Shown in pieces: positions 1 through 12,926 of a stretch of 39,777 nucleotides of DNA. Source of the stretch: Ginkgo biloba (taxonomy: Eukaryota; Plantae; Ginkgophyta). The stretch is from contig JANKJI020000004.1 of NCBI GenBank assembly GCA_024626585.2, positions 114,620,872 through 114,660,648 on the forward strand, written 5' to 3'. Position 1 is the first letter of the stretch. The number at the start of each line of letters is the position of its first letter. Position numbers and translations under genes: made by a program. Under the pieces are notes generated by a model. That model ran no database searches. It was not told the origin of the DNA and saw only the letters and a program-made list of their open reading frames with translations.

Positions 1-1421
1 CTACAGTTTAGGAGATTTGTATTGACATCTGTGAGTGATTTTAGTTGTTGCAAGATTTCAAATCTCTTCTCTTCGATTTTTCACTAGGTATATCTGGTCT
101 CTTTGGTATGTTACTGCTTATTTCCGATTTGCTCTGGTAAACTATTTTCTAAAAGTTTTGCATGTGACTACAATTTCAGGTAATCTTGCATTGCATACTC
201 CTAAAATTGTGGAACATTGCACGCTGTAAAAATTTCCTACGCCAACTGCATGTGACCGCACTCGTAGTAATAAGAAGTGCTCAAGAGATATTTAGAGCAA
301 TCAACACAAAGCAGGATAGAGGGTGGGACGAGTGTGACTAGGAAAAGAAGTAGAATTGGGAGGAATCTTGCCAATTGTTGGTACTAATTTCATGAATAAA
401 TTGTGGTNNNNNNNNNNNNNNNNNNNNNNNNTGTAGGATAGGATATAAAAATTCCCAAAGTAGTCAAAGCACATGGGTGGAATCGCCACTTCTTGTTTCT
501 TTAGGAAATGAGTTATAATCCCACGCATGGTTGCTTTAACAAAGAAGTGAGTATGCAGGCAAAGGGACTTCGAGTCAAAGGGAGACGATAAAATCAAAAT
601 CATAAGCTGTCCTCTCCCCATATATCATTCACTTCAAAAGTTAAAAAGAAAACAAGAGATGATGTGGATGGGTTTATTTTTGTCTGTGTCAATCTTTCGA
701 CACGAGTGTCACACAAGTATATGTTCTTTAACTAATGTTTCAGCAGCTCCTAATTAAGGTGCTGTCTTATTCGTATACTTGAATTATTATCCACAAGTGG
801 CTCTTTTTTGTGCTAAGCAGCCAGACCCACATGGATTCCTCTAGACCCGCATGGTGTGAAGAATGGAGTCGGTCAACTTGAGAGACAAGCATGGCCTACC
901 AAGTTAAAAAAAACAAAAGAAAGTAGTGGGTAGGTCACTGAGTGGGTTGTGGGCGGTGCTGCATGCAATTCTGATGGCATACTTCTTCTCAGATGCTTTC
1001 ACTGAATAAAGATTCCTCTCTCATTTTCTTTCATCCATATTTTTCAGAATCAGTTCATTTTATATAATAAAAATTTCAAGGCTCATAGATTGCCTACTTT
1101 GGAGTCGATGAAAGAAAATCAGAAAAACAGCACTTGTGTGCGTATGATTGAGGCCGCTCTGTTCATGATTGATGCAGCAGTATAGTGTCAACACGAAGTT
1201 CAATCTTGCACAGCTCTAGTCATTATCTGTAACTACTCTGAGGTTCCAAAGTCCAGAGAGGNNNNNNNNNNNNNNNNNNNNNNNNNNNNNCACGGCTGTA
1301 GTTGTTATCGGTACATGAACAAAGCCATGGACAGCTGCTGCTGCCTAAATGTATGGAAAATGCTGTGCTATCAGGTCTGCTGAATAGAAAGCATGCAAGA
1401 TGTTGACTTTGCAATGAATCA

Positions 1422-1670
1422 GGCTATGCTAGGAGATGACCCAACTACTTTGCAATAGTAACTGCTTACGCAAGTGCAAACCTTGCAGATTGTTGCGAGT
1501 GAACCATGGTAGCTGAATACCCAACTACGAATTTTGCAAAATTGATTATACAAATTATGCAACCATATGCACAAAATCATGGTTGCCGGATACCCCATTG
1601 CGAAATTTGTAAAGTTGTTGCATCTGCAAATTATTGAAATTGGCATGCACAGAGCTATGTTAGCAAACTG
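1422..1670. repeat. Imperfect ~75-bp tandem repeat (3-4 units) just upstream of the RLK start codon
   Basis: Units are anchored on ctatgctag (1424), ccatggtag (1504), tcatggttg (1577) and ctatgttag (1655). 1501-1557 and 1574-1633 align well, and acccaactac recurs in the first two units. Confidence 0.5.
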
Positions 1671-1728
1671 CATATTGCAGAACTTGAAGTATAGACTAGT
1701 GCAAGCAAATTTTCAGACACAAACAAAA

Positions 1729-3954
1729 ATGGAGAACAAGATTTTTCTTTGTATTTTATGCTTGATTGCATGGGCCTTGGTACTTGTTAGTGGAGTNNNN
1801 NNNNNNNNNNNNNNNNNNNCTCTCAACCAAGAGGCTCAAATTCTACTGCAAATGAAAAGAAGCTTGAAGGATCCTTACAATGCAATGAAAAATTGGGAAG
1901 ACTCCATTGGTGCACCTTGCAATTGGGATGGAATTACCTGCGAGAATACTACAGGTAAGGTCACTGAAATTACAATTGAAAGCAAACTTCTGAATGGCCC
2001 TCTTTTCGGAGAGATCTGCAACCTGCAGAGCTTGAAAAAACTTCATATAGGTTTCAATGAATTTTATGGAGACTTGCCATTGGGTCTCTTGGATTGCAGT
2101 AAGCTTGAATCCTTGAATCTTACAACCAATAATCTAACCGGGACATTACCAGATTTGACTCCATTGAAATCCTTGCAGCTTCTTGATCTTACAACCAACA
2201 AGTTTACAGGTGAATTTCCTGCCTCTGTAGGAAATTTACCAGATTTGACTTCCCTAAGCCTTGCAGAAAATCCATTCGGGCCGGGTAAAATACCCAAACA
2301 ACTTATGAATCTGAAGAATCTCACTCTTCTGTACTTGTCTTCCTGCAATTTAGTAGGAGAAATCCCAAGTTTTATTTCTAATTTTACAGACCTGGGCCTT
2401 CTGGATCTCTCTGTTAACAGCTTAAGCGGATCAATTCCAAAGGAAATCTCCNNNNNNNNNNNNNNNNNNNNNNNNNNNNNNNNNNNNNNNNNNNNNNNNN
2501 NNNNNNNNNNNNNNNNNNNNNNNNNNNNNNNNNNNNNNNNNNNNNNNNNNNNNNNNNNNNNNNNNNNNNNNNNNNNNNNNNNNNNNNNNNNNNNNNNNNN
2601 NNNNNNNNNNNNNNNNNNNNNNNNNNNNNNNNNNNNNNNNNNNNNNNNNNNNNNNNNNNNNNNNNNNNNNNNNNNNNNNNNNNNNNNNNNNNNNNNNNNN
2701 NNNNNNNNNNNNNNNTTGCAATGGATTGGCCAAGCCTATTTTTCTCATTCATTATGGATATGATTGCCTGACATTGTAATTCATGAGGTGAAAAGTCTCA
2801 CTGAATGCCTAAAACCTTGGAAAAGAGTTGTTGCAGGGGTATCACAAATTGATTTTATAGAAGAATTAATTGAATCATATGAGGCCTACAAAAGCTTGAT
2901 ATGTTTTAGAATCAACAATAATTATCGGAGTGGTGAAGTGCCCAATGGAATTTGGGGATTGCCAAATGCTACAATAATTGATCTGAGCTTTAATAATTTT
3001 GTAGGAGAAATTTCACTGGAGATTGGAAATGCGCAGAATTTATCTCAGTTATTCATTCAAAATAACCAATTCTCAGGGAACTTGGTTTCAGAGATTGGTA
3101 TGGCGACGCAATTGGCCAAAATTACAGCGAATAATAATCAGTTTACAGGTTTCATACCGAAGGAAATCGGCGGTTTGAGTCGGCTTAATGTACTTTATTT
3201 GCAGGAAAATATGCTTGAGGGATCTATTCCAGAGGAACTCGGTTTTTGTAATTATTTATCTGACATGAATCTTGCAAGAAACCATTTGAATGGATCGATT
3301 CCGGAGTCTTTGGCATCTATTGAAGCTCTGAATTCTCTGAATGTTTCGAACAATGAGCTCTCCGGATCGATTCCCAGGAGTCTCGATACCTTAAAGCTAA
3401 GCTCTATTGATTTCTCCAATAACCAATTAACCGGCCCTGTTCCGGATTCCCTTATTAGCGAGGCCAGCAACCGAAGCTTTTCAGGAAATCCAGGGCTCTG
3501 CGCTGAAAGTAAGAGTGTTGTACTTAAGGTCTGTTCGGCCTCTTATCCTCGGACACGATCCGGAGAAACAAGAGTGATGACTGGCTTCATTGTTGGTGCA
3601 GCGATGCTAATATTTGTTATTGGATTGATACTTTTCCGACGAAAATACCTCCAAAACCAGGTTGAGTTAATAGAGGACTGGGATCTGAAATCTTTTCACA
3701 ATTTGAGCTTTACTGAGAAAGAGATTACAGAAGCTTTATTGCATGAAGAGAATGTCATTGGAAGCGGCGGATCCGGGAAAGTTTATCGCGTGGATTTGAA
3801 GAACAAGGAAACTGTAGCAGTAAAGCGGCTTTGGACAAAGGACAATTATAAAATATCGAACTATGTAAACCATTGCCAATACCAGAAGGACCATGGACTC
3901 ATATATCTTGATCGACTTTGTGCTGGGATTACTAAACACTCAAAGGGGAAATGA
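1729..3954 (+). pseudogene. LRR receptor-like kinase, subfamily XI (CEPR2/RLK7/IKU2/HAESA-like), disrupted: in-frame stop at 2761-2763, kinase truncated after subdomain II at about 3836
   Basis: ATG at 1729 starts a signal peptide (MENKIFLCILCLIAWALVLVSG), followed by an LRRNT cap (LKDPYNAMKNW...PCNWDGITC) and plant LRRs (LxxLxLxxNxLxGxIP). Then come a C-terminal cap (FSGNPGLC), a TM helix (VMTGFIVGAAMLIFVIGLILF-RRK), the LRR-XI juxtamembrane motif (WDLKSFHNLSFTE), the Gly loop (NVIGSGGSGKVY) and VAVK. No HRD or DFG is seen in the window. N gaps at 1797-1819 and 2452-2715. Confidence 0.9.
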
Positions 3955-4293
3955 CTCTGTGTTTGTAGTCATGGATAGATTTTTTAAAATGGCACATTTT
4001 ATACCTTGCAAAAAGACCAATGATGCGAGCAAAATGGCATAATTATTCTTTAGAGAGGTAGTCTAACTCCATGGATTGCTGAAGTGCATTACTTTTGACC
4101 AGGACAACAAGTTCTTAAGTCATTTATGGAAGACATTATAGAGGAAGTTGGATACCAAGCTCCAGTTCAATAACGCATATCACCTGCAAACTTGCTTACA
4201 GATAGAAGTGGTGGATAGATCATTAGGCAATCTATTGAGGATTTTAGCTAGAGACAAGCCTAAGTAGTGAGACAATCTAAGCCAAGTTTGATA
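3837..4293 (+). mobile_element. Degenerate Ty3/gypsy (CRM-like chromovirus) integrase core fragment
   Basis: Translation with one frameshift and several stops gives [23 protein letters not shown] / [91 protein letters not shown]...EVVDRSLGNLLR, which matches the rve integrase consensus of CRM-type elements. Confidence 0.92.
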
Positions 4294-5779
4294 NNNNNNN
4301 NNNNNNNNNNNNNNNNNNNNNNNNNNNNNNNNNNNNNNNNNNNNNNNNNNNNNNNNNNNNNNNNNNNNNNNNNNNNNNNNNNNNNNNNNNNNNATAGAGA
4401 TACTTTTTGGATATAACCTATCTATATAAGTAGGTATAGGTCATGTTAATTATTATTCATGCGTGTACATCCAAAATATTACACTTGTTCATAAACCAAC
4501 TTTGTATGATATTCCTCTCTTAGATTTTATAAGAGAGATTTAACAAATAAAATCATACTAAATTATGTCCATGTATACCTTCTAAATTTTCTTTCTATGT
4601 TTCAATACTCCTCATGTAGCCATATTTCATGATCAAGTGTGAAAGTATATCTTTCTCTATGCTTGATTATTATAGGAAAAATCCATTACAACAGGCAAAG
4701 AAAGGAACAATGTATGAAAGAGGAGGCCAAAAGAAGAATATTCTAATAATCTAATTTTGTACACAGTACAATACAATAGATGGAAAAAATTCATGTTTTG
4801 CAATAGCTTCAAATTTAAAAAGGAATATTAAGAAGTGACCCTTAAGTATCACTCATCTGCACACTTTTATACATAATGAAAAAGATGACAATAGATCAAT
4901 TGGTATTATATCCCTCTGTTTCAATACTTGATTAATTTTTTCTTTATAGCATTGGTTTTATTTATTTTACACATGTATTTGGTTGATTGTATGGACTAGG
5001 CAAGACTATGCTAGAGAAGGATTATAACCATAAGAGATAACATTGATTAGGGATAAAATAAATCTTTCTACCATCATAGAGAAACATGATACTACTAGGG
5101 AGGAGGATTTTATCAATCCTTTTTTCTATAGAGATATTGATGATAAAAGTGTATAGACTTGTATCTATTCTTATCACACTCCTAGGGGATTTAGATTTAT
5201 TATAAAGGATAAATGGATCTATACCATTATATTACACTACATATAGGGATAAAATGATACAACATCAAATTAATATATTAACTAATAAAAATAAACTACT
5301 TCTTTATCAAATCTAATAGATGCATGCAATGATGCAAATATTATAATTGCCACACCTCAATATTATAGTTTATTAAGGGATTGGGATTCATTAATGTGGA
5401 AAAAAAATTAAAGATAAATTATTTTGATGGTACCATAGATACTAAACATTGGGATGATAAGATCTAATATTTAGAGGCTTATTTAAGTACCCAAGGGTTT
5501 ATAGATCTTTAAAATATTATTTTTTCCAAATCAAGGATGCCTAGATATTCCTTGTCTTGGTGTGAGTAGTACACACTTAAACCATGAAATACATAAGTTA
5601 CTACGTGGGAGAAATTAAATACTTACTCAAAAGAAAGTCCTGCCCACTTGGATACATGAGTGAGATCTATCAAAAGTTGNNNNNNNNNNNNNNNNNNNNN
5701 NNNNNNNNNNNNNNNNNNNNNNNNNNNNNNNNNNNNNNNNNNNNNNNNNNNNNNNNNNNNNNNNNNNNNNNNNNNNNNN

Positions 5780-6158
5780 AGTACATCCATATAGTACATC
5801 ATAGATCACATACAATCACTTCGTACAATAATAGTCTACCATTACATTCTCTCTATTACTCTAAGCTTATGTTACAACTATATATAATGGGAAGAAGGTT
5901 ATGTAACCACTATGGAAGTTACAATAGATCCGACAGTGTCGATGAGGGTGTATCTATCAGTTGTCAGGACCCATTGGTTATCCTTGCTTTCATTGAGCCT
6001 ATCTTCACTCTTCTCATCGACGAGTCCATGTTCGTCGGTGTTGGTAAATCTCTGTTAGTGAAGCCTTCATCAGTGAATCCCTCATCGGTGAATACCTCGT
6101 CAATGAATACCTCATCGGTGTCGAAGTTGATTGACCTTCGTCGAATACCCATCCAATA
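5780..6158 (-). mobile_element. Probable LTR fragment
   Basis: Ends in ccaata (minus strand TATTGG, a decayed TGTTGG LTR start), contains a tatataa motif and an internal minisatellite, and has no recognisable coding content. Confidence 0.35.
6058..6120. repeat. 15-bp minisatellite x4 (consensus gtgaatacctcatcg)
   Basis: gtgaagccttcatca / gtgaatccctcatcg / gtgaatacctcgtca / atgaatacctcatcg read directly. Confidence 0.9.
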
Positions 6159-6289
6159 GTAGGTATGCATATTTATATTTTTATATGTGTGCATGCATGT
6201 ATAATTGTGTTCATGCCAAAAACCACCTCTATAAAAAATGTAAATAGGATGACATTAATTGATAGCATAAACATATAAGACATGGATGT

Positions 6290-6438
6290 ATATGATGGGT
6301 AATGATATCCTTATCAAGATGATGCTCCCTTGGATATTTTTATTCCCTTATATGGCTAGATGTGAACTCCTATATAGACAGCCAAACTTGTGAAATGTAT
6401 GTGACAAGAGATACAAGAAAAATATGTGTACCACAAGA
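6290..6438. repeat. Dispersed repeat, copy 1 (homologous to 15044-15178)
   Basis: Shared blocks tgatggg..atga.atccttat, atggct.gatgtgaactc and aaga.atacaagaaaaatat. Confidence 0.75.
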
Positions 6439-8819
6439 AAATAAATGTGCTAGCATAAATAAATTATGTATTGAGAATGAAAGGAATTTATAAATTAGGA
6501 ATATTACAATGAGGCAAAATTATGTAAAGAGAATATTTCTCAATAAAATAGATAAGGTGGTTGCATAAAATGATCTCACCAAATGAGGATTAATGCTCTA
6601 GATGGATACAAATTATTTTCTCTTCTCTTCTTCATAATAAATGATCATGTGCGATATGAATGATATAAATATATTAATAGTATGAAACATTATTTTAATA
6701 ACATTTCACCATAATATGAATAATATAAATGAGATAAATCTTCTTAGCAACCTCTGATAGAGTTTATCATAAGATATAATCGATAAACAAGATAAGATAA
6801 TATAATTATGGATTCTCCATACCTATTTGTCTTAATCCAAAATAGGTATTTATATGATAAATGAGCTTCATATCCTATATGTGAAATAGTAGCTAGAGAT
6901 GTGGGCTTACGCTAAGTCATGAGCCTATATATACAAAGATTAGAAAGGCAAGGCTAAATGTATAACATAAATTTGTAATCAGGGCATAATAAAATATAGT
7001 TATTATATGGTTAATGGTCTATAAAAATCCCATGTGATAATATAAATTGATGTAAGTGACCACATATTAGAATAACCATGACAATGAAAGGGTTATGCAT
7101 AACATCAATATATGTATGGATTATATGGAGTTAAGGATCACAATGTAATATGAGTGTGAGCATAAATGCACTAAAGGAAGTGCTAAATGAANNNNNNNNN
7201 NNNNNNNNNNNNNNNNNNNNNNNNNNNNNNNNNNNNNNNNNNNNNNNNNNNNNNNNNNNNNNNNNNNNNNNNNNNNNNNNNNNNNNNNNNNNNNNNNNNN
7301 NNNNNNNNNNNNNNNNNNNNNNNNNNNNNNNNNNNNNNNNNNNNNNNNNNNNNNNNNNNNNNNNNNNNNNNNNNNNNNNNNNNNNNNNNNNNNNNNNNNN
7401 NNNNNNNNNNNNNNNNNNNNNNNNNNNNNNNNNNNNNNNNNNNNNNNNNNNNNNNNNNNNNNNNNNNNNNNNNNNNNNNNNNNNNNNNNNNNNNNNNNNN
7501 NNNNNNNNNNNNNNNNNNNNNNNNNNNNNNNNNNNNNNNNNNNNNNNNNNNNNNNNNNNNNNNNNNNNNNNNNNNNNNNNNNNNNNNNNNNNNNNNNNNN
7601 NNNNNNNNNNNNNNNNNNNNNNNNNNNNNNNNNNNNNNNNNNNNNNNNNNNNNNNNNNNNNNNNNNNNNNNNNNNNNNNNNNNNNNNNNNNNNNNNNNNN
7701 ATAAATGATATATCAAATGTAAATGTAAAATATAATGGCATATGATAATGAAAAATGTCATAAAATATTATAATATTATGTAGAAGATAGAATAATGACA
7801 CTAATGATAAATTATGAATAATTTAATGGTATATAATCACATGAATATGTCATTATTAACTCCCATTATCTAGATATAGATTCATATGGTATAGACAATG
7901 AAATTACTACTCAAATCAATTGATCAATTATAAAACTAGTTGTTAAAATATGGAAANNNNNNNNNNNNNNNNNNNNNNNATGAAGATTATATATTATGAA
8001 AATCATGTATGTGTATTTACCCTACTCACTATCATAATCTAACGAGAATTGTCAAAGGATATGCTAAAGCAATATCTCAAAGTTGTATGAAGATTGATAT
8101 TCTAACACTTAAAATACTCTACAAAATAAAATCACATATATTATGAAGGATAGTACTTATGAATATTAGAAACTAAAGTTAATGTTATCAACTAAAATAG
8201 AGTATATTATACTATAAATAAAACGTAAATATGTACTAATTAAATTGCACACCTATTGATTCCCCCCAAAAGGTTATAATTTAAAATATATATTAAAATT
8301 CTTAGGGCTATGAGNNNNNNNNNNNNNNGGATTTTGTTGGAAGGTTTAAAATGAGACTAAATGACTCAATGATGCCTATATTTACGTTCTTATGGATTCT
8401 AAAGAGGTAAAAATTAAGATTCCCTTAGGTTCTTATGGATCTAAAATATATCTTTAGATGAGAAATCTATAAAATGTGTAATGAATGTGATCTCAAACAT
8501 GGATAAAATCTACAAATCTAAAATCCTTATTAAAATTCAATGTTAATATTTGGTAGAGAAGTGTTGACCACTATAATAGGATCTTGATGTGTATGAGGGA
8601 AGTCAATAAAATTCTTAGCCAAACTCATGCCATTCTTGTCTTTGGGATGTACAAATTCAAGTTCAAATTCTTAGAGGACAATTATCCAATGACCAAATCA
8701 TCTTAACAAGGTGGTTTTATATGTGATACATTTTATAGGATTAGATAGAAATACCACTTTAGTGTTATCACCAATCATATAATTCCATAATCTTTTATTT
8801 GCATGGAAAATTATGAGGC

Positions 8820-9930
8820 ATTATTTATTTCTCTTAGGATAATTCAATTCGTAACCAACCAAGAGTTTAATTATATAATTTATGAAATGATCAATACAAG
8901 AGTCATCCTCTTGCATAAGGAACCCACTTATATCCATTTCATATGATGAAATATAAAGGTTGAAATATTTGGCAAAGTTTTGGTGGCATAAGAATGGGAG
9001 CAAAACAAGGGCCTACTTAAGGTCATCAGATAAGCTTTGGAATCCCATTGAAAATGGGTGTTGGATTTAGATAAGTAATACAAAGGGATGGAAATATTCA
9101 AAAAATCCTCAATGAATCTCTGCATATATATAGTCTTTCCTAAGAAATATTTTAGTTACATTAAGTTGTAGGAGAAGGGAAGTCCATAATAGCCACAACT
9201 TTGGTTAGGTTGACATGTATTCCTTAGTCAAAAATTATGTAACTGAGAAGACATATGGAATGAACACTATGGAGAAATTTGAGTGGATTTAATGCATAAT
9301 AAATTATTCAAATATAATATTTAAANNNNNNNNNNNNNNNNNNNNNNNNNNNNNNNNNNNNNNNNNNNNNNNNNNNNNNNNNNNNNNNNNNNNNNNNNNN
9401 NNNNNNNNNNNNNNNNNNNNNNNNNCTTGAGAAATCTAATATAGAGCTGAGTATGTATTTGTGTTCTTATCTTCATACTTAGATTGATAGAATATCATGA
9501 TAGATTCATTAAACGATAATTGAATCAATTCATATAACATAGAAGTGACTACCCCCATTTGGATAATCCAATCTCTACTTGGAATCATGTTAAATTGTAG
9601 GTCATTTTGAGTAATCTCTATTTTAATAAAAAATATTTTTCCCTAAAAAGTGATCGATAATTCATAAAGGGTACCAATTGAAGGGTTTGAAGTAGTATCT
9701 CATGCATGTAAAACATGTGAACTAAGATTTATATGGGTAAACCCTATATATTTAAATATGGAGTGATACATAATGGAGATGGTTGATATTTCATCAAAAA
9801 AGTATCTCAAAACTTTACGATGGCCAATATAAACCATTATCTTAAATGTTTTAGTGGCTACAATACTCTCTTTAATGAGAGTAGATGGATCAAAGATAAT
9901 TATTTTATCCAATAGATTTTCAAACACCCC
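8820..9930 (-). mobile_element. Degenerate Ty3/gypsy (Tat/Ogre-like) pol: protease and RT C-terminus/RNase H
   Basis: Minus-strand protease remnant (IMVYIGHRKVLRYFFDEIS...FNMIPSRDWIIQMG, compare LLGRPWIH) at about 9550-9930. RT/RNase H remnants (GIHVNLTKVVAIMDFPSPT; FLGKTIYMQRFIEDF...FQWD; FNLYISSYEMDISGFLMQEDD...YIIKLLVGYELNY) at about 8820-9300. The RT core is missing at the 100-N gap 9326-9425. Confidence 0.75.
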
Positions 9931-10566
9931 TAATTACTTCAATAATTATGAATTTTGATTTTAGACATTATTATAGAAGTTGAAGGATAGAAATGGTTAA
10001 TGAGATACTAGCTAGATATTCTACTATGTCAAAATTAGTAGACTATGTTGATTATTTCTTATGATACATGGACCTATTGGTTTGAGATATATTGAATGGA
10101 GATGATGTTGAAATCTTAGGCCTTGGCATACGTAAGGGAGCTCTAAATTTACTCACTTGTGAAGTAGAGATATTCTCTTAGTGGTGTAGATTCATAGATC
10201 TTATTATGACCATGAAATCAATGTCTAAGTCAATATGAATAATGCTAATAAAAGAGGATGGGTCAAGCCAAGATGGCACATTACTTGTAGAAAGAATTAA
10301 ATTCCTAGGTTGATAAAGTAGTACCCATGTCATAGGTTATGATGTGAGGCCAAATGGGGAAGGGTAGTATTGAATCGCCTTAGAAATGTAATCAAAATAC
10401 TTATGAATGAATTTGTATCACACAAAGATAAATCAATGAATATTAATACGAGACATTTAATAATATNNNNNNNNNNNNNNNNNNNNNNNNNNNNNNNNNN
10501 NNNNNNNNNNNNNNNNNNNNNNNNNNNNNNNNNNNNNNNNNNNNNNNNNNNNNNNNNNNNNNNNNN

Positions 10567-11200
10567 AATTTTGACTTCCTCCTCTACTTCCTCTTCTGCC
10601 ACATATTTCACCATTCTAAATCCCCCACCTTGCTCTTTTCTTAGAGCCTCATCCTGCTTCATTCACATTTCCACCCTCTTCATAAGAATTTTTATTCCTT
10701 ATTTTCTTTCCTGCTAGTATACCTTCTTCAACATCTTTCGCACCTTTTTGTCTTATCTATACCTCCATTATTCCACCTCCAATTTTATTAGCCATCTCCT
10801 TAAGGATTTTAATTCTTTTATTTCTCTCTCTTTGGTAGTTTTTCTCTCCCTAACAGTTCTCCTCTCTAGCACTGCTCTCGGTACCATCCTTACTTTTCCT
10901 TCAACCACTCCTCGGCTTTGCTTATAGCTCTTCTCCTGACTGCAACTTTGTGCTCTCCTTGTCACTTCAACAAACTTCCACTGGATCCTCTCTAATAATA
11001 TTCTTATTATCTCTAACTCCTCAGTGAGATTTCTCATACTCTAATACTAGATGATGATATCAGACTTCCTCACTAATGAGCCTTCCTTGACTCTCATACC
11101 AGAGTCATCACTTCCACCAATAAGCTCTCTTTGGCTCTATCTTGGCCTTTAATAGCCAAATCCTTATCTCTGCAACACCCTTTCATGTTGCAACTCTCTA
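10567..11200 (-). mobile_element. Decayed E/K/R-rich coiled-coil ORF, possibly the accessory 5' ORF or gag N-terminus of the Tat/Ogre-like element
   Basis: ORF 10768-11037 is low-complexity and charged. It lies upstream of the pol remnant on the same strand; no diagnostic domain. Confidence 0.3.
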
Positions 11201-12459
11201 ATAACTCCTCTATGAACCACCCTAGGTTGTCTTCACTCCTTTATGGTCCCTTAACTCTAATACTAAATGATGCAGCCAACTCCACAAATCCTTAATTTTT
11301 TGTTGCTACCAGGATCTTTTCTCTTCCTTAACCCATTAACTCATGGGCTTTTATAGCATTTACCCTCCACCTTCATGTTGTTTTCTCATGGCTCAACTAA
11401 TGTTCTACATAAAAATTTAAGAATAAACACATAGATATAAGCATGCATATGGAGGGACTCCTTTAGAACTCAAAATACTAGAAAATAGATAAATTTCCTT
11501 TCATTAGACTAAAAAAGATTATATTACAACTAGCCCCCAACCTAGTCATAGATTTATATACATTCATACGCCACTAGGATTTTTAGTTATAATACTAGGT
11601 CTCCCTTCTTAGATAATTTACATAGCCTTTATAACTCGAACTCTAACTATTTCCTCGATCTTTATCTCTTTCCTGTACTATTGCCTCATGGTCGACATTC
11701 TGCACCCTTCATGTCTTCTTCTATGGTTCAACTTCTCATAGCCTTATGAGGTCACCTCTTGGATCCAAACNNNNNNNNNNNNNNNNNNNNNNNNNNNNNN
11801 NNNNNNNNNNNNNNNNNNNNNNNNNNNNNNNNNNNNNNNNNNNNNNNNNNNNNNNNNNNNNNNNNNNNNNNNNNNNNNNNNNNNNNNNNNNNNNNNNNNN
11901 NNNNNNNNNNNNNNNNNNNNNNNNNNNNNNNNNNNNNNNNNNNNNNNNNNNNNNNNNNNNNNNNNNNNNNNNNNNNNNNNNNNNNNNNNNNNNNNNNNNN
12001 NNNNNNNNNNNNNNNNNNNNNNNNNNNNNNNNNNNNNNNNNNNNNNNNNNNNNNNNNNNNNNNNNNNNNNNNNNNNNNNNNNNNNNNNNNNNNNNNNNNN
12101 NNNNNNNNNNNNNNNNNNNNNNNNNNNNNNNNNNNNNNNNNNNNNNNNNNNNNNNNNNNNNNNNNNNNNNNNNNNNNNNNNNNNNNNNNNNNNNNNNNNN
12201 NNNNNNNNNNNNNNNNNNNNNNNNNNNNNNNNNNNNNNNNNNNNNNNNNNNNNNNNNNNNNNNNNNNNNNNNNNNNNNNNNNNNNNNNNNNNNNNNNNNN
12301 NNNNNNNNNNNNNNNNNNNNNNNNNNNNNNNNNNNNNNNNNNNNNNNNNNNNNNNNNNNNNNNNNNNNNNNNNNNNNNNNNNNNNNNNNNNNNNNNNNNN
12401 NNNNNNNNNNNNNNNNNNNNNNNNNNNNNNNNNNNNNNNNNNNNNNNNNNNNNNNNNNN

Positions 12460-12926
12460 AAAAATCCTTTCACCTACCTCCCAAATCATTAAATCTAGTC
12501 ATTGAGGCCTTTAATTCCTCTTAAAATCACTGTAGGTGTAATAACACCCTTATGCAACCAACCTGTCCCATTTATTTCGCTTAAATCACCATAAATTTCC
12601 ATCACAGGTCGTTTTCTCGTCACATCCCTTAGGCCGTTCGCTGGACCCTTCAGGTCATTCGATGGTCCTCCTTTAGGCCGTTCACTATACTTCTTTAGCC
12701 CATTCGTGACGCTTCCCAAACTTGTTTGTCAAAATGATTTCACCTGCTCATCCATCTTTCCATGCCCATTCATTGGGTACCTTTTTCCATCTCTTTTGCC
12801 ACTCCATCTAATACTTTCTTTAGGTCATTCTTCCATGGATCTTATCTCATTCATCTAAAAATGACCTTCCACCTCTACTGCCAAAAATCACTTAGCCAAG
12901 ATGTCAAAATGGGAGATGATCCTACA
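12460..12926 (-). mobile_element. Probable LTR 5' terminus with ~21-22-bp subrepeats
   Basis: Ends gggagatgatcctaca (minus strand TGTAGGATCATCTCCC). Four imperfect units like cttaggccgttcgctggacc lie at about 12627-12710. Confidence 0.45.

Noticed and set aside
690-900. Promoter motifs upstream of the RLK (W-box-like ggtcaa, gagaca, short direct repeat agaccc.catgg)
   Set aside because: Short motifs expected by chance; no TSS evidence, so not listed as features.
1567-1728. ORF-track start at 1567 for the RLK
   Set aside because: The signal peptide begins at the Met at 1729; the extra 54 aa derive from the upstream repeat and have no RLK features.
5964-6194. ORF with (F-T-D-E-G/V) repeats
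   Set aside because: It is a translation of the 15-bp minisatellite.
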